Positions 19,284 to 29,729 of a stretch of DNA of 64,000 bases are shown here, piece after piece (within the stretch, counting starts at the first letter, position 1; every line of letters begins with the position of its first letter). Source of the DNA: an uncultured Candidatus Binatia bacterium. GTDB taxonomy: Bacteria > Desulfobacterota > Binatia > UBA9968 > JAJDTQ01. Location: positions 3,168,001-3,232,000 of the forward strand of contig OZ243916.1 in the NCBI GenBank assembly GCA_965213675.1, given 5' to 3'. A program made the position numbers and the translations under genes. The notes beneath the pieces are model-generated. The model searched no databases. It was not told the DNA's origin and worked only from the letters and a program-made list of their open reading frames with translations.

Positions 19284-20636
19284 CTACCGCCGTTCCTCCG
19301 GAATCAAACCCTTGGGGGCGAAGCGCAGCACCACCAGCAGCAGCAGCCCCATGACCACCAGGCGCATGTGGGCGGCGCTTTCCATGAGATGGGTCCGGAT
19401 CGCGTTGTCGGGGGACAGGGGCGAGGTGACGGCTTCCATCAGCCACCGGCCCACGGGTTCGGCTTCCACCCAGACGTACCAGACCAGGAAGCCGCCGAGC
19501 ACGGCGCCCCAGTTGTTGCCGGAGCCGCCGACGATGACCATGACCCAGATGAGGAAGGTGAAGCGCAGCGGCTGATAGGAATTGGGCGTGAACTGCCCGT
19601 CCAGGGTCACGAGCATGGCCCCGGCGATGCCCACCACGGCGGAGCCCAATACGAACACCTGCAAGTGCCGCGAGGTGACGTCCTTGCCCATGGCTTCGGC
19701 CGCGGTCTCGTTGTCGCGGATGGCGCGCATCATCCGGCCCCAGGGCGCCCGCAGCGCGGTCTCGGAGAGCCACATCAGCACCGCCAGCACAACGGCGAAG
19801 AGGCCCGCGTAGCAAAGCTTCACCACCACCGACGAGAGGTCCACCGGCGACGCGCCAAGGGCGGCGGCCCATTCCTGGAACCACGCGGTGTTCTGCAGGT
19901 CCACTTCGTAGGGGACCGGACGGGGCAGGCCGATCACGTTCTTCACGCCCCGCGCCAGCCACTCTTCATACTTGAGGAAGGCGACGATGATCTCTGAGAT
20001 ACCCAGGGTGGCGATGGCGAGATAGTCCGAGCGCAGCCCGAGGCTGATCTTGCCGGCGGCCCAGGCCGCGCCCGCGGCCAGCGCACCGCCCGCGAACCAG
20101 GAGAGGACCACGGGGAGGGCGAGCCCGCCCAGGTAGCCCGTCCGCGACGGGTCCACCGCCTCGATGGCGCGCACCGCCGGCTCGAACAGCAGCCGCGCCG
20201 CAACGGCGCCGGCAATCACCACCAGCGCCACCACCAGCTTGCGCCGGCCCGGGCGCCGGATACGGCGGTGGAGAAGCGCCGCTGCCGCGATGGTGGCGAG
20301 CGCCACGGTCAGGGCCGCGGCTACGCCGTTCCCTCCCGCCTGCCATGCCGCGCGCACCGGGGGCATGGTCACCAGCACTCCGGCGAGCCCGCCCAGAGCG
20401 GCAAAACCCATCACCCCGGCGTTGAACAGTCCGGCGTAGCCCCACTGGATGTTCACGCCCAGGGTCATGACGGCGGAAATCAGGCACAGGTTCAGGATGG
20501 TCAGGGCCAGAGCCCAGCTCTGCGCCGCGCCCACGAGGCAGATGAGCCCCGCCATGGCAGCGAACAGCAGCGGCTTTCGCGGCGCCCGCACTTCCCGGAC
20601 CATGCGCTCGGCCAGGCTCCCGGGAGCATCGCTCAT
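19284..20636 (-). CDS. Branched-chain amino acid-type ABC permease (LivM-like, second system)
   Basis: NIQWGYAGLFN, LRSDYLAIATLG, RAIRDNETAA, GGSGNNWGA. Confidence 0.88.
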   Translation of the reverse strand: MSDAPGSLAERMVREVRAPRKPLLFAAMAGLICLVGAAQSWALALTILNLCLISAVMTLGVNIQWGYAGLFNAGVMGFAALGGLAGVLVTMPPVRAAWQAGGNGVAAALTVALATIAAAALLHRRIRRPGRRKLVVALVVIAGAVAARLLFEPAVRAIEAVDPSRTGYLGGLALPVVLSWFAGGALAAGAAWAAGKISLGLRSDYLAIATLGISEIIVAFLKYEEWLARGVKNVIGLPRPVPYEVDLQNTAWFQEWAAALGASPVDLSSVVVKLCYAGLFAVVLAVLMWLSETALRAPWGRMMRAIRDNETAAEAMGKDVTSRHLQVFVLGSAVVGIAGAMLVTLDGQFTPNSYQPLRFTFLIWVMVIVGGSGNNWGAVLGGFLVWYVWVEAEPVGRWLMEAVTSPLSPDNAIRTHLMESAAHMRLVVMGLLLLVVLRFAPKGLIPEERR

Positions 20637-21646
20637 GGCGACCTCCCGGCGAAGATCCCGGTGGGCCTCACCAGCAGCACCACCACCAGGATGAAGAAGG
20701 AGACCGCGAACTTGTAGTCGGTGGAGAGGAATTGCATCAGCCCGTCCGGCTGCCACTGTTCGGGCGCCAGATAGGCCACGAACTTACGGTAGGGGTAGGT
20801 GAGGAACACCTCGGAGAAGGCCACCACGAATCCGCCGACGATGGCGCCCAGGGGATTGCCCAGGCCGCCGACGATGGCGGCGGCGAAGATGGGCAGGAGC
20901 AGTGACAAGTACGTGAACGGCTTGAAGCTCTTGTCGAGCCCGTAGAGCGTCCCGGCCACGGCAGCGAGCGCGCCGACGATGAGCCAGGTGACCACCACCA
21001 CCCGTTCCGGGTTGATCCCGGACAGCAGCGCCAGGTCCTCGTTGTCCGAGAAGGCGCGCATGGACTTGCCGGTGCGGGTCTTTTCCAGGAACCAGAAGAG
21101 CGCCGCCACCAGCCCCAGCGCCACCACCACGCTGACGGTCTGGGTGGTCTTGATGGCGAGGCCCTCGGATAGTCCGGTCCAGGCCTTGAACTCCCGCACC
21201 GTGAACAGGAAGCGGCTGCCGTCGGTGAAAATTCGGTCGCCCGGTCCGATGACGAAGCGGACGACCCCGTGCAGGACGAACATGACGCCGACGGACACCA
21301 CCAGCAGGATCACCGGTTGCGCCCGGGCGCGCCGGTAGAACCGGAACACGCAACGGTCCGTGAGCACGCACAGGCCGGCGGTGACGGCCATGCCCGCGGG
21401 CAGCGCCAGCAACGCTGTGGGCAACGGCCCCAGGCCCACGCCGCGGGCCTGCAGCCACCAGGTGCCGAGGATGGTCGTCATGGCGCCGAAGGCCATGATC
21501 TCGCCGTGGGCGAAGTTGGAAAAGCGCAGCACCCCGTACACCAGCGTCACCCCCAGCGCCCCCAGAGCGAGCTGGCAGCCGTAGGCGGTGGCGGGAACCA
21601 CCAGAAAGTTGGTGAGCAGCACGACCGCGTTGACGACGTCTTCCAA
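20633..21646 (-). CDS. Branched-chain amino acid-type ABC permease (LivH-like, second system)
   Basis: GVTLVYGVLRFSNFAHG, GKSMRA, FAAAIVGGLG, RPTGIF. Confidence 0.88.
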   Translation of the reverse strand: MEDVVNAVVLLTNFLVVPATAYGCQLALGALGVTLVYGVLRFSNFAHGEIMAFGAMTTILGTWWLQARGVGLGPLPTALLALPAGMAVTAGLCVLTDRCVFRFYRRARAQPVILLVVSVGVMFVLHGVVRFVIGPGDRIFTDGSRFLFTVREFKAWTGLSEGLAIKTTQTVSVVVALGLVAALFWFLEKTRTGKSMRAFSDNEDLALLSGINPERVVVVTWLIVGALAAVAGTLYGLDKSFKPFTYLSLLLPIFAAAIVGGLGNPLGAIVGGFVVAFSEVFLTYPYRKFVAYLAPEQWQPDGLMQFLSTDYKFAVSFFILVVVLLVRPTGIFAGRSP

Positions 21647-21649
21647 CGC

Positions 21650-22354
21650 TCATCCCCCGAGAAACGACTTCCGGACCTCGGGATTCTCCAACAGCATCCG
21701 CCCGGTCCCGGTAAAGCGGTTGCGCCCCTGCACCAGCACGTAACCCTTGTCCGCCAGCGCCAGGGCCTGGCGCGCGTTCTGCTCCACGATGAGCACGGCC
21801 ACGCCACTCTGGGCGATGTCGAGGATGCGCTCGAACAACTCCCGGGTGACGATGGGCGAGACCCCGGCGCTGGGCTCGTCGAGCATGAGCACCCGGGGGC
21901 GGTTCATCAACGCGCGGCCGATGGCTACCTGCTGGCGCTGTCCGCCGGAAAGCTCGCCCGCGGGTTGCCGGCGTTTGTCCCGGATGGCCGGGAACAGATC
22001 GTAGACCTCCTCCAGGGTGCCGGAGATGTCGTCGTCGCGGACGAAGGCGCCCATCTCCAGGTTCTCCTCCACGGACAGGGAGCGGAACACGTTGTCCGTC
22101 TGCGGCACAAAACCCATGCCCTTGCGCGCCCGCGCCTGGGGCGCCAGCGCGGTGATGTCCTCGCCATCCAGGCGCACCGACCCCGAACGGAGCGCCAGCA
22201 TGCCGAAGAGCGCGCGCATGGCAGTGGACTTGCCGGCGCCGTTGGGGCCCACCACCACGGTGATCTCGCCACGCTCCGCGGCGATGGCGCAGCCGCGCAG
22301 GATGTCCGGACCGCCATAGCCGCCCACCAGGTCGTCGCCCACCAGAAAGCTCAC
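21650..22354 (-). CDS. ABC ATPase (LivF-like, second system)
   Basis: GPNGAGKST, LSGGQRQQVAIGR, DEPSAGVSP; GTG start overlaps the upstream stop. Confidence 0.88.
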   Translation of the reverse strand: MSFLVGDDLVGGYGGPDILRGCAIAAERGEITVVVGPNGAGKSTAMRALFGMLALRSGSVRLDGEDITALAPQARARKGMGFVPQTDNVFRSLSVEENLEMGAFVRDDDISGTLEEVYDLFPAIRDKRRQPAGELSGGQRQQVAIGRALMNRPRVLMLDEPSAGVSPIVTRELFERILDIAQSGVAVLIVEQNARQALALADKGYVLVQGRNRFTGTGRMLLENPEVRKSFLGG

Positions 22355-23133
22355 GGGGCGCGCTCCTCGCGGGTCACCAGGCCGCGGCCGAGATAGGCTT
22401 CGATGACCCGCTCGTCGGATTGCACTTGTGGCGCGGAGCCCTGCATCAGCACCTTGCCCTCGGCCATGACGATGACGGGATCGCACAGCAGCGAGACCAG
22501 TTCCATGTCGTGCTCGATGATGCAGAACGTGTAGCCGTGGTGCAGGTTGAGGCGCAGGATCGCGCCGGCGATGTCCTTCAGGAGGGTGCGGTTGACCCCC
22601 GCGCCCACCTCGTCCAGCAGCACGACGCGCGGCTCCGCCATCATGGTGCGGCCCAGCTCCAGCAGTTTCTTCTGGCCGCCCGAAAGGTTCCCGGCCAACT
22701 CTCCCGCCACCGGCTCCAGCTTGAGAAAGGAGATGACCTCGTCGGCGCGCGCGCCGATGGCCTCGTCCTGGGCGCGGATCCTGCCGGGCCGGAACCACAC
22801 GTCCAACAGGTTCTCGCCGGACTGGTCGCCCGGCACGGTCATGAGGTTCTCCCGAACCGTCAGGGTCGAGAATTCGTGGGCGATCTGGAAGGTGCGCAGC
22901 AGACCCTTGGCGAAAAGCTCGTGGGGCGGGAGCCCGGTGACGTCCTCGCCGTCGAGGTGGACGCTCCCGGAGGTGGGCTTGTGGACCCCGGCGATGACGT
23001 TGAAGAGGGTGGTCTTGCCAGCGCCGTTGGGACCGATGAGTCCCGTGATGGAGCCCGGCTCAATGGCGAGGGTGGCACCGTCCACGGCCCGGATGCCGCC
23101 GAAGTGCATGTGCAGGTCTTCTACCGCGATCAT
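22351..23133 (-). CDS. ABC ATPase (LivG-like, second system)
   Basis: GPNGAGKTT, RTFQ, LSGGQKKLLE, IEHDM, AYLG. Confidence 0.88.
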   Translation of the reverse strand: MIAVEDLHMHFGGIRAVDGATLAIEPGSITGLIGPNGAGKTTLFNVIAGVHKPTSGSVHLDGEDVTGLPPHELFAKGLLRTFQIAHEFSTLTVRENLMTVPGDQSGENLLDVWFRPGRIRAQDEAIGARADEVISFLKLEPVAGELAGNLSGGQKKLLELGRTMMAEPRVVLLDEVGAGVNRTLLKDIAGAILRLNLHHGYTFCIIEHDMELVSLLCDPVIVMAEGKVLMQGSAPQVQSDERVIEAYLGRGLVTREERAP

Positions 23134-23175
23134 CGACGCGTGGACCTCCACTCGGCCGCCGGAGGTGGCAGGAAT

Positions 23176-23248
23176 CCAGACCCCGCGATCTCGGGCGGAT
23201 GCTCCCGGACTCATCATTCCCGCGGACGCGGGAATGATGAGTCCGGGA
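23176..23248. repeat. CGTC-type REP-like repeat with 22-bp perfect stem
   Basis: tcccggactcatcattcccgcg-ga-cgcgggaatgatgagtccggga (23203-23248); related to 4615-4682. Confidence 0.65.
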
Positions 23249-23273
23249 CCGCATCCGCCCGCCCGCTACGAGG

Positions 23274-24464
23274 CTACCGGAACTTGACGGTCGCGATCTT
23301 GCCGCCCTTGACCACGATCTGGCGGTAGTTGCCGGCGCTCTCGCCTGGTCCGATCAACTCCACCGCTGACGCGCCGACATAGTCCACGTCGCCGCCGCCG
23401 GCGAGGATCTTGAGCGCCTTGGCCAGTTCGCCGGGATAGATCTTCTCGCCGGGCGCGTTGGCCACCATCATGACCTTGTCCTTGAGCTTGCCGCTGTCGG
23501 CCGACTTCGCCGCCTGCATGGCGAGCATGATCAGTGCCGCCGCGTCATAGGATTCGCCCACGAACGGGCTGTCCGACTTGACCTTGGCCGCCTTGGCGAT
23601 CTTGTCGAACTTGGCCTTCCCCGGACTGTCGGTGCCGGGGTGGGCGCCGATGGAGCCTTCGAGTCCCTCGCCGATGGCCTTGACGATGGCCTCGCCGATC
23701 ATGCCGTCGGGCAGGTAGAACTTCTCGAAGGCGCCGGTGTCGAGGGCGCTCTGGATGATGCCCTTGCCGCCTTGGTCGAGGTAGCCGGCCACGATCAGGA
23801 TGTCGCCGCCCGCGGCCGCCAACGCCGCCACCTCGGCGCTGTAGTCGCCCTTGCCGTCCTCATGGGGCGCGGAGATGGTGATCTTGCCGCCGTTCTTCTT
23901 CACGTTGGCGGCGATGCTGTCCGCCAGACCCTTGCCGTAGTCGTTGTTGGTGTAGGTCAGGGCGGCCTGCTTGATGCCCATTTCCTTCAGGATGTCGGCC
24001 ACGATCGCGCCCTGGCGGGCGTCGGACGGCGCGGTGCGGAAGAAGAGTCCGTTGTCCTCGACCGTGGACAGCCCCGGGGATGTGGCCGATGGCGAGATCA
24101 TCACAATGCCGTTGGGCTTGGCCACGTTCTCCAGCATGGCGGCGGTCACCCCCGAGCAGTCGCCGCCGACGATGGCGTTCACCTTGTCCGAGGTCACGAT
24201 CCGTTCGGTGGCGGCGGAACCCGCCGCAGCGTCGCCGCAGGTGGAGTCAGCTCGCACCGAGACTACCTTTGCGCCGTCGAGCAGCGCGCCGCTGTCGGCG
24301 ACCTCTTTCATCGCCATTTCGGCGCCGGCCGCCATTTGCGGCGTCAGCGACTCGATGGGTCCGGTGTAGCCGAAGACCACGCCCAACTTGACGTCCGCCG
24401 CCAAGGCTGCGCTGGCGTAGACCGAAACCAGGAGACACAACATACTGGTGATCAATTTCCTCAT
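23274..24464 (-). CDS. ABC substrate-binding protein (LivK-like, second system)
   Basis: Signal peptide; ISPSATSPGLS, FFRTAPSD, NNDYGKGLA, ESYDAA, DYVGAS. Confidence 0.88.
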   Translation of the reverse strand: MRKLITSMLCLLVSVYASAALAADVKLGVVFGYTGPIESLTPQMAAGAEMAMKEVADSGALLDGAKVVSVRADSTCGDAAAGSAATERIVTSDKVNAIVGGDCSGVTAAMLENVAKPNGIVMISPSATSPGLSTVEDNGLFFRTAPSDARQGAIVADILKEMGIKQAALTYTNNDYGKGLADSIAANVKKNGGKITISAPHEDGKGDYSAEVAALAAAGGDILIVAGYLDQGGKGIIQSALDTGAFEKFYLPDGMIGEAIVKAIGEGLEGSIGAHPGTDSPGKAKFDKIAKAAKVKSDSPFVGESYDAAALIMLAMQAAKSADSGKLKDKVMMVANAPGEKIYPGELAKALKILAGGGDVDYVGASAVELIGPGESAGNYRQIVVKGGKIATVKFR

Positions 24465-24768
24465 GGCTTGTTCCCTCCCCGTTGTGGATGGGCGTTCATC
24501 CGGCGTCGATGAGCGCTCCAGAAAACTCCGGATTCCAAACTCCAGACTCCAAACTTGGAATTCCATCTTCAACCTCAAGCACGCGTAAGCTCCATTCCGC
24601 ACCACGCCGTCGGGCCTTCATCCCGCAAGTTCATCCGTCTGATCCGGCGTATCATGTGCCGGATACCGGACAACGTTGAGTCCGGATCGCCGCATCGTCC
24701 TGGTAAAAAACTATGCATCATCCCCGTTTGCGAATCAAAAGGTCTGGAAAGCAGGGGATTCGTTCACC

Positions 24769-26211
24769 TCATGCGCGCGCCCCGTCAAGCTCCTTCACTC
24801 CGTTCAGGGCCGCGATCTTGTAGGCTTCTCCCAGGGTGGGGAAGTTGAAGACGTTGTCGATGAAATAGTCGAGGGTGCCGTTGTAGCTCAGCACGGCCTG
24901 ACCGATGTGAATCAACTCGCACGCTTGGTCGCCGATGATATGCACGCCCAGCAGATGCCAGTTGTTGGGCTCGAACAGGAGCGTCAGCATGCCGTGCGGG
25001 TCGCCGATGATTCCCGCCTTGGTTACCTCCTCGTAGACGGCCACGCCCTTGGCGTAAGGGATGCCCTTGGCGTCGAGTTCGTGCTGGGTGTACCCCACCA
25101 TGGCGATCTCGGGGATGGTGTAGACGCACGTGGGAAAGCGTGCACGGCGCCCGCCCGCCCGGCGTCCCAGGGCGTAACTGGCCGCCATGCGGCCCTGCTC
25201 GCTGCTGGTGGAGGCCAGCGCCGGAAAGCCGATGACGTCGCCCGCGGCGTAGATGCTCGGCACCGAGGTCTGGAACAGTTCGTTCACCTGGAGGAGCCCG
25301 TGCTCGGTGGTATCCACCCCCACGTCCTCAAGCCCCAGCACTCTGGAAGCCACCTCCCGGCCGCTGGCCACGATCACCGCGTCCGCCTCCAGCACGCGGC
25401 CGTCCGTCAGCGTCACCCGCGCCTTTTCTTCCGGCCCGGAGACCCGCTCGATCTTGTGGTACCAAGCGTCCCAGACGAACTCGACGCCCGAGTCCTCCAT
25501 GCGATGGATCAGCGTGTCTACGATGTGGCGTTCGGCGAAGGGCAGGAAGGAATGATCCCGCTGGATCAACGACACCCTGCAACCCAACACGGCGAAGGCC
25601 GAGCCGTATTCCGCGCCGATGACCCCGGCGCCCACCACGATCAGCGACTGCGGCAGGGTCTTGCGCTTGAACTCCAGGTTGAACACCGAGTCGGAGTCGA
25701 AGATGACCTCGTTGTCGATGGGTATGTCGGGGACGAAACGGGGTCGCGATCCGGCGGCGACGATGATCTTCTCCCCCGTGAGGTCGATGGCCTCCATGGG
25801 GTTCTTGAGCACCCAGGCATGCACCGAATTGGGACCGTCCAGCGTTGCATGGTAACCGCGGAAAATGTCGATCCGGTCTCCCTCGCGAAAAGCCTGAAGC
25901 TGGTCCTCCATCATGGCCACCCGCCGCTCCACCACCCTGCGCACGCGCAGGAACAGGTCGGACAGCGTAACGTCCTTTTTCTCGGTGAATCCGCTGCCGT
26001 AGAAGGAGCGCTGGCGCACGCCCCGGAGGTAGAGGATGGCCTCGCGCAGGGTCTTGCTGGGAATGGTGCCGGCCAGCAGCGTGGCGCCGCCGAGCGTCTC
26101 GTCCCGCTCCAGCATCGCCACCTTGGCGCCGAGTTCGCACGCCTGAACCGCGGCCGTGAAGCCCGCTGGACCGCTGCCGATGACGATGATGTCGTAGTCG
26201 AGAGCCTGCAT
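24769..26211 (-). CDS. sthA: Soluble pyridine nucleotide transhydrogenase-like flavoprotein
   Basis: GSGPAG, GTIPSKTLRE (no redox-active CxxxxC), GAGVIGAEY, AAGDVIGFPALASTS, FNFPTLGEAYKIAA. Confidence 0.85.
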   Translation of the reverse strand: MQALDYDIIVIGSGPAGFTAAVQACELGAKVAMLERDETLGGATLLAGTIPSKTLREAILYLRGVRQRSFYGSGFTEKKDVTLSDLFLRVRRVVERRVAMMEDQLQAFREGDRIDIFRGYHATLDGPNSVHAWVLKNPMEAIDLTGEKIIVAAGSRPRFVPDIPIDNEVIFDSDSVFNLEFKRKTLPQSLIVVGAGVIGAEYGSAFAVLGCRVSLIQRDHSFLPFAERHIVDTLIHRMEDSGVEFVWDAWYHKIERVSGPEEKARVTLTDGRVLEADAVIVASGREVASRVLGLEDVGVDTTEHGLLQVNELFQTSVPSIYAAGDVIGFPALASTSSEQGRMAASYALGRRAGGRRARFPTCVYTIPEIAMVGYTQHELDAKGIPYAKGVAVYEEVTKAGIIGDPHGMLTLLFEPNNWHLLGVHIIGDQACELIHIGQAVLSYNGTLDYFIDNVFNFPTLGEAYKIAALNGVKELDGARA

Positions 26212-26394
26212 GAGTTCTGGATGCAATGCAGCCTGTCCGGTTGCGGCGGGGGCGCCGAAAGCCGGGTCTCACACCGGTTCGTGGAACTGCCCCCACCGCC
26301 AGACCGTTGCAGGAAACTGCATACCAGATTGAACGGCCAGCGTCATCCGCGACCTGGGAGCCTCCCACGCGGCCGATGCGCACGGAAGCCGGCG

Positions 26395-27144
26395 CTATAC
26401 GCCGCTCAAGGCGCGGTAGATGAGCAGGGTTCCGGTGCACGCCAGCAGGACCAGGATGGCGCGGTTGAAGGTCTTTTGAGGGACGCGGTCCTGTACGCGC
26501 AGGCCCAGATAGAAACTCACCAGGATGAATCCGGTGACGAAGAGCGACAGCCGCAGCGCCTCGACGGTGAACAGTCCCCAGGTGGAGATGGCCACCACCT
26601 GCCAGAACTTGGCCATGATGAACGCGGTGGAGATGGCCTTGACGAACTCGGCCTTGTCCAGGCGCAGGCCGTGGAGGTAGAGCGCCATGACCGGTCCCAT
26701 GGTGTTGGTGAGTCCCAGGCAGAGCCCTCCGGCGAAGCCCATCACCGGCGACATCACCCGCTCCGCGTGCGGCGGCGTGGTGAGGGTGAAGGCGAACAGG
26801 CTCGATGCGGCGAATACCACCACGACGCTCCCCAGGATCAGGTTCAGCGCCCACAGGGGAAGCTGGGTCAGCTCCCAGGTGCCGAGGAACACGCCCGCCA
26901 GCGCGGACAGGAACATGGACGAAAAGCGCCGGAACATCTCCGTGGGGATGCCCCGGCGAAAGATCTGACTCAGATCCATGACCACGCTGGGAATCAGCAA
27001 CACCACGATGGCCATGCGGATATCCAGCAGCAGAGTGAGCATGGGCGTGGCGATGAGGGGAAACCCCATGCCGGTGGCGCCCTTGACGAAGCCGGCGAAA
27101 AAGATGGCCAGGGCCACCAGGACGAGGGTTCCGTCAATCACCAC
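26395..27144 (-). CDS. TauE/SafE (TSUP) family membrane transporter
   Basis: AGFVKGATGMGF; about eight hydrophobic segments; 249 aa. Confidence 0.85.
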   Translation of the reverse strand: MVIDGTLVLVALAIFFAGFVKGATGMGFPLIATPMLTLLLDIRMAIVVLLIPSVVMDLSQIFRRGIPTEMFRRFSSMFLSALAGVFLGTWELTQLPLWALNLILGSVVVVFAASSLFAFTLTTPPHAERVMSPVMGFAGGLCLGLTNTMGPVMALYLHGLRLDKAEFVKAISTAFIMAKFWQVVAISTWGLFTVEALRLSLFVTGFILVSFYLGLRVQDRVPQKTFNRAILVLLACTGTLLIYRALSGV

Positions 27145-27192
27145 GGATCAGGTCCCGGCGCCGGGCACGCATGCCGCGCGCACGTCCGGGTT

Positions 27193-27216
27193 TGGGCGAC
27201 CGCTGGTCGCCCCTAC
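27193..27216. repeat. GTAG-type REP copy overlapping the ubiD-family stop
   Basis: gggcgacc-gct-ggtcgcccctac; cta at 27213-27215 is the TAG stop. Confidence 0.55.
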
Positions 27217-28841
27217 GGCTTCCATCGTTTCTGCGCGTCCTGCAGCCGCTCGCCCTTTGCCACCAGCACGGCTTGTTCGCTCAGGCTGGCGCCGACACGG
27301 TGGTGCTCGCCCCGCACCGCCTGCGCCGCCTCGTCGTCCAGTTCCGGCGGCCACATCCCCAGGGAATAGCCGTGCCACGGGTTGCCGTAGTTGAGTTGCG
27401 GCATGCCCAGTTCGTCCCACAGCTTGCGCGCCCGTTCCATGTATTCCCGGGCGGGCAGGGATACCGGCGGAAACTCGGCCTTCCGGGTGGCGTCGATGAG
27501 GAGCGAGGAGTCCTCGCTGTCATAGTCGCCGGGCTGGCCGTGCACGCGCACCAGGTTGATGGGGGAATGCACGGTCTGGCGGCCCTCGATGATGCGTACG
27601 TCCTTGTGCGGTTGGGAACGGTGGCAGATGGCCCAGTTGACCGCGGCGAAGTTCTCGGGGTCGATGTCGTCGTCCACCGCGATTACCACCTTGCCGAGGT
27701 CGTAGCGGAAACCCAGAACCGCCATCATGGCCTGCCACGGCTCCAGCTTGTGGGTCTTGCGCATCTGCACCACCACGAACTGGCGCAGGTTCACCAAGGG
27801 TTCGTGCATGCCCACCCGCACCACGCTCTTGAGGTTGCAGTGGTTGCGCAGGTGGTCCAGCACCAGCGACTCCCAGCCACGATGCTTGATCTTGCTGCTC
27901 TCGCTCGGCGTCACCTGGCTGAGGACGCCCACATAGTGGGGGTTCCGCCGGTGGGTGATGCAGGTGACCTCGAACACCGGGCTCAGGCTGCGCGGATCCA
28001 TGTAGCCGTGGGATTCGCCGAAGGGGCCCTCGGGCTCCAGCAGGTCGGTGCGGATGTGGCCCTCGATGACGATCTCGGCGTTGGCGGGCACCTCCAGGTC
28101 CACCGTCTCGCACTTCACCAGCGGCATGGGCCGGCCCAGGATGGCGCCCGCCACCCCCAATTCATCCACCCCGTAGGCGATCTTCTGCACCGCCACGTAG
28201 GACAGACACGGCACCGCTCCGATGACCCCGGCGGCGGGCAGCGGCTGCCCCAGGGCATTGGCCTTGTTCCAGTGGATGGCCAGGTCCTGCTGGCCGCTGA
28301 TGAGATAGACGCCGGTCTTGGTGGGAGACTTGATCTGCCCGCGGTAGTTGCCGACGTTGCGGATACCGGTCTCCGGGTCCTTGGTGATCCAGTGGCACGC
28401 GGTGAAGTAGGGGCCGTTGTCGAACCCCGGCGTGGAGATGGGCACGGGGAATTCGTCGAGGCCGCCGTGTTCCAGCAGGCCGTCGCCCACGTGGATCTCG
28501 TCCTTGACCGGACCGGTCTCCACCATCTCCGGGGCCAGCGGCGCGGCCACCGCCGCCGCCCACTTTTCGAAGCTCCTGCCGGGCTCGCAGCCCATGCCCA
28601 AAGCGTAGATGGCCTCGTTGGAGGCCAGCGCCCCCAGCACCACCGGGGTCTCGTACCGCCGGCCCTTGGCGTCGGTCACGTTGTCGAACAGGAACGCCCT
28701 GCGCTGGTGGTCCGGCAATCCCAGGAACTGCCAGCGCACCAGCGGATGCAACTCCGTGTCCTTGTCCACCGGGGCGGTCACCCGCATGAGCAGGCCCTGG
28801 CGGTCGAGCAGGTCGAGGTATTCGCGGAGGTCCTGGTACAT
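27213..28841 (-). CDS. UbiD-family (prFMN-dependent) decarboxylase
   Basis: DLREYL, KDPETGIRNVGNYR, VPANAEIVIEG, EGPFGE, VDDDID, IDAT. Confidence 0.92.
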   Translation of the reverse strand: MYQDLREYLDLLDRQGLLMRVTAPVDKDTELHPLVRWQFLGLPDHQRRAFLFDNVTDAKGRRYETPVVLGALASNEAIYALGMGCEPGRSFEKWAAAVAAPLAPEMVETGPVKDEIHVGDGLLEHGGLDEFPVPISTPGFDNGPYFTACHWITKDPETGIRNVGNYRGQIKSPTKTGVYLISGQQDLAIHWNKANALGQPLPAAGVIGAVPCLSYVAVQKIAYGVDELGVAGAILGRPMPLVKCETVDLEVPANAEIVIEGHIRTDLLEPEGPFGESHGYMDPRSLSPVFEVTCITHRRNPHYVGVLSQVTPSESSKIKHRGWESLVLDHLRNHCNLKSVVRVGMHEPLVNLRQFVVVQMRKTHKLEPWQAMMAVLGFRYDLGKVVIAVDDDIDPENFAAVNWAICHRSQPHKDVRIIEGRQTVHSPINLVRVHGQPGDYDSEDSSLLIDATRKAEFPPVSLPAREYMERARKLWDELGMPQLNYGNPWHGYSLGMWPPELDDEAAQAVRGEHHRVGASLSEQAVLVAKGERLQDAQKRWKP

Positions 28842-28919
28842 GGAGGGTGCCTTTGGATCAAGGAACTCGGGACAGGATGAACCGGGTGTACAAGGGAGTC
28901 TCCCGGCGATTCCCTCGCT

Positions 28920-29702
28920 TCAGCGACCCTTGTAGCGCGGCTGGCGCTTGTCGCTGAAAGCGCGCGGTCCTTCGGCCGCGTCTTCGGTGCCGCCCACCAT
29001 GGCGCGGAATCCGGCCTCGAAACGGATGGCGTCGGCCAGCGGCAGGTCGAGGCCGCGCAGCACCACCTCCTTGAGCGCCTGAAGGGCCAGCGGCGGGCCG
29101 TCGGCGATGGACCGGGCCAGCTTTTCGGCCGCGGGCAGCAACTCGTCCCGCGGCACCACCCGATTCACCAGGCCGCAGCGGAAGGCCTCGTCCGCGGAGA
29201 CGGACTCGCCGGTATAGAGCATCTCCAGGGCCATGCCCAGCGGCATCAAGCGGGGCAGCCGCACGGTGCCGGAACTGCCCGGGAAGAACCCTCGCTTGAT
29301 CTCCGGCAAACCGAAGACCGCGTCCTCGCTGCACAGGCGGATGTCGCAGGACAGCGCGATCTCGAAGCCGCCGGCCAGGCAATAGCCGTGCACCGCGGCG
29401 ATCATGGGCTTCCACACGGGTTCCCGGCGTCCCGGATCCCGCGCCAGCGCCGAGGTCCAGAACTCCCGCGCCCGCGGGTCCCCGGCCACCGCCCGCTCCT
29501 TCAGGTCCATGCCGGTGGAGAAGGCGCGTTCGCCCGCCCCGCTCACCACCGCCACGCGCAGCGCCGGGTCGGCCGCGAAGGCATCCCACACCCGCCCCAG
29601 CTCCGCCCACATCGCCTCGTTCATGGCGTTGAGCCGCTCGGGCCGGTTCAGCGTGATGAAGGCGACACCGTCCCTGTTCTCGAGGTCGATGTGGGATGCC
29701 AC
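28920..29702 (-). CDS. Enoyl-CoA hydratase/isomerase (crotonase) family
   Basis: LNRPERLNAM, FSTGMDL, KPMIAAVHG..LAGGFE, FGLPE, EGPRAF. Confidence 0.92.
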   Translation of the reverse strand: MASHIDLENRDGVAFITLNRPERLNAMNEAMWAELGRVWDAFAADPALRVAVVSGAGERAFSTGMDLKERAVAGDPRAREFWTSALARDPGRREPVWKPMIAAVHGYCLAGGFEIALSCDIRLCSEDAVFGLPEIKRGFFPGSSGTVRLPRLMPLGMALEMLYTGESVSADEAFRCGLVNRVVPRDELLPAAEKLARSIADGPPLALQALKEVVLRGLDLPLADAIRFEAGFRAMVGGTEDAAEGPRAFSDKRQPRYKGR

Positions 29703-29729
29703 GTCGTTCTCAGGGTTTGCGAGGGCTAG

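Noticed and set aside
24523-24565. Heptamer-like repeats (actccag/actccaa) upstream of the second livK
   Set aside because: Few degenerate units; no supportable function
24676-27369. 897-aa plus-strand ORF (likewise 33233-36094, 37738-39162, 58079-60223 and many others)
   Set aside because: Antisense or alternate-frame shadows of well-supported genes, expected in high-GC DNA; no recognisable motifs
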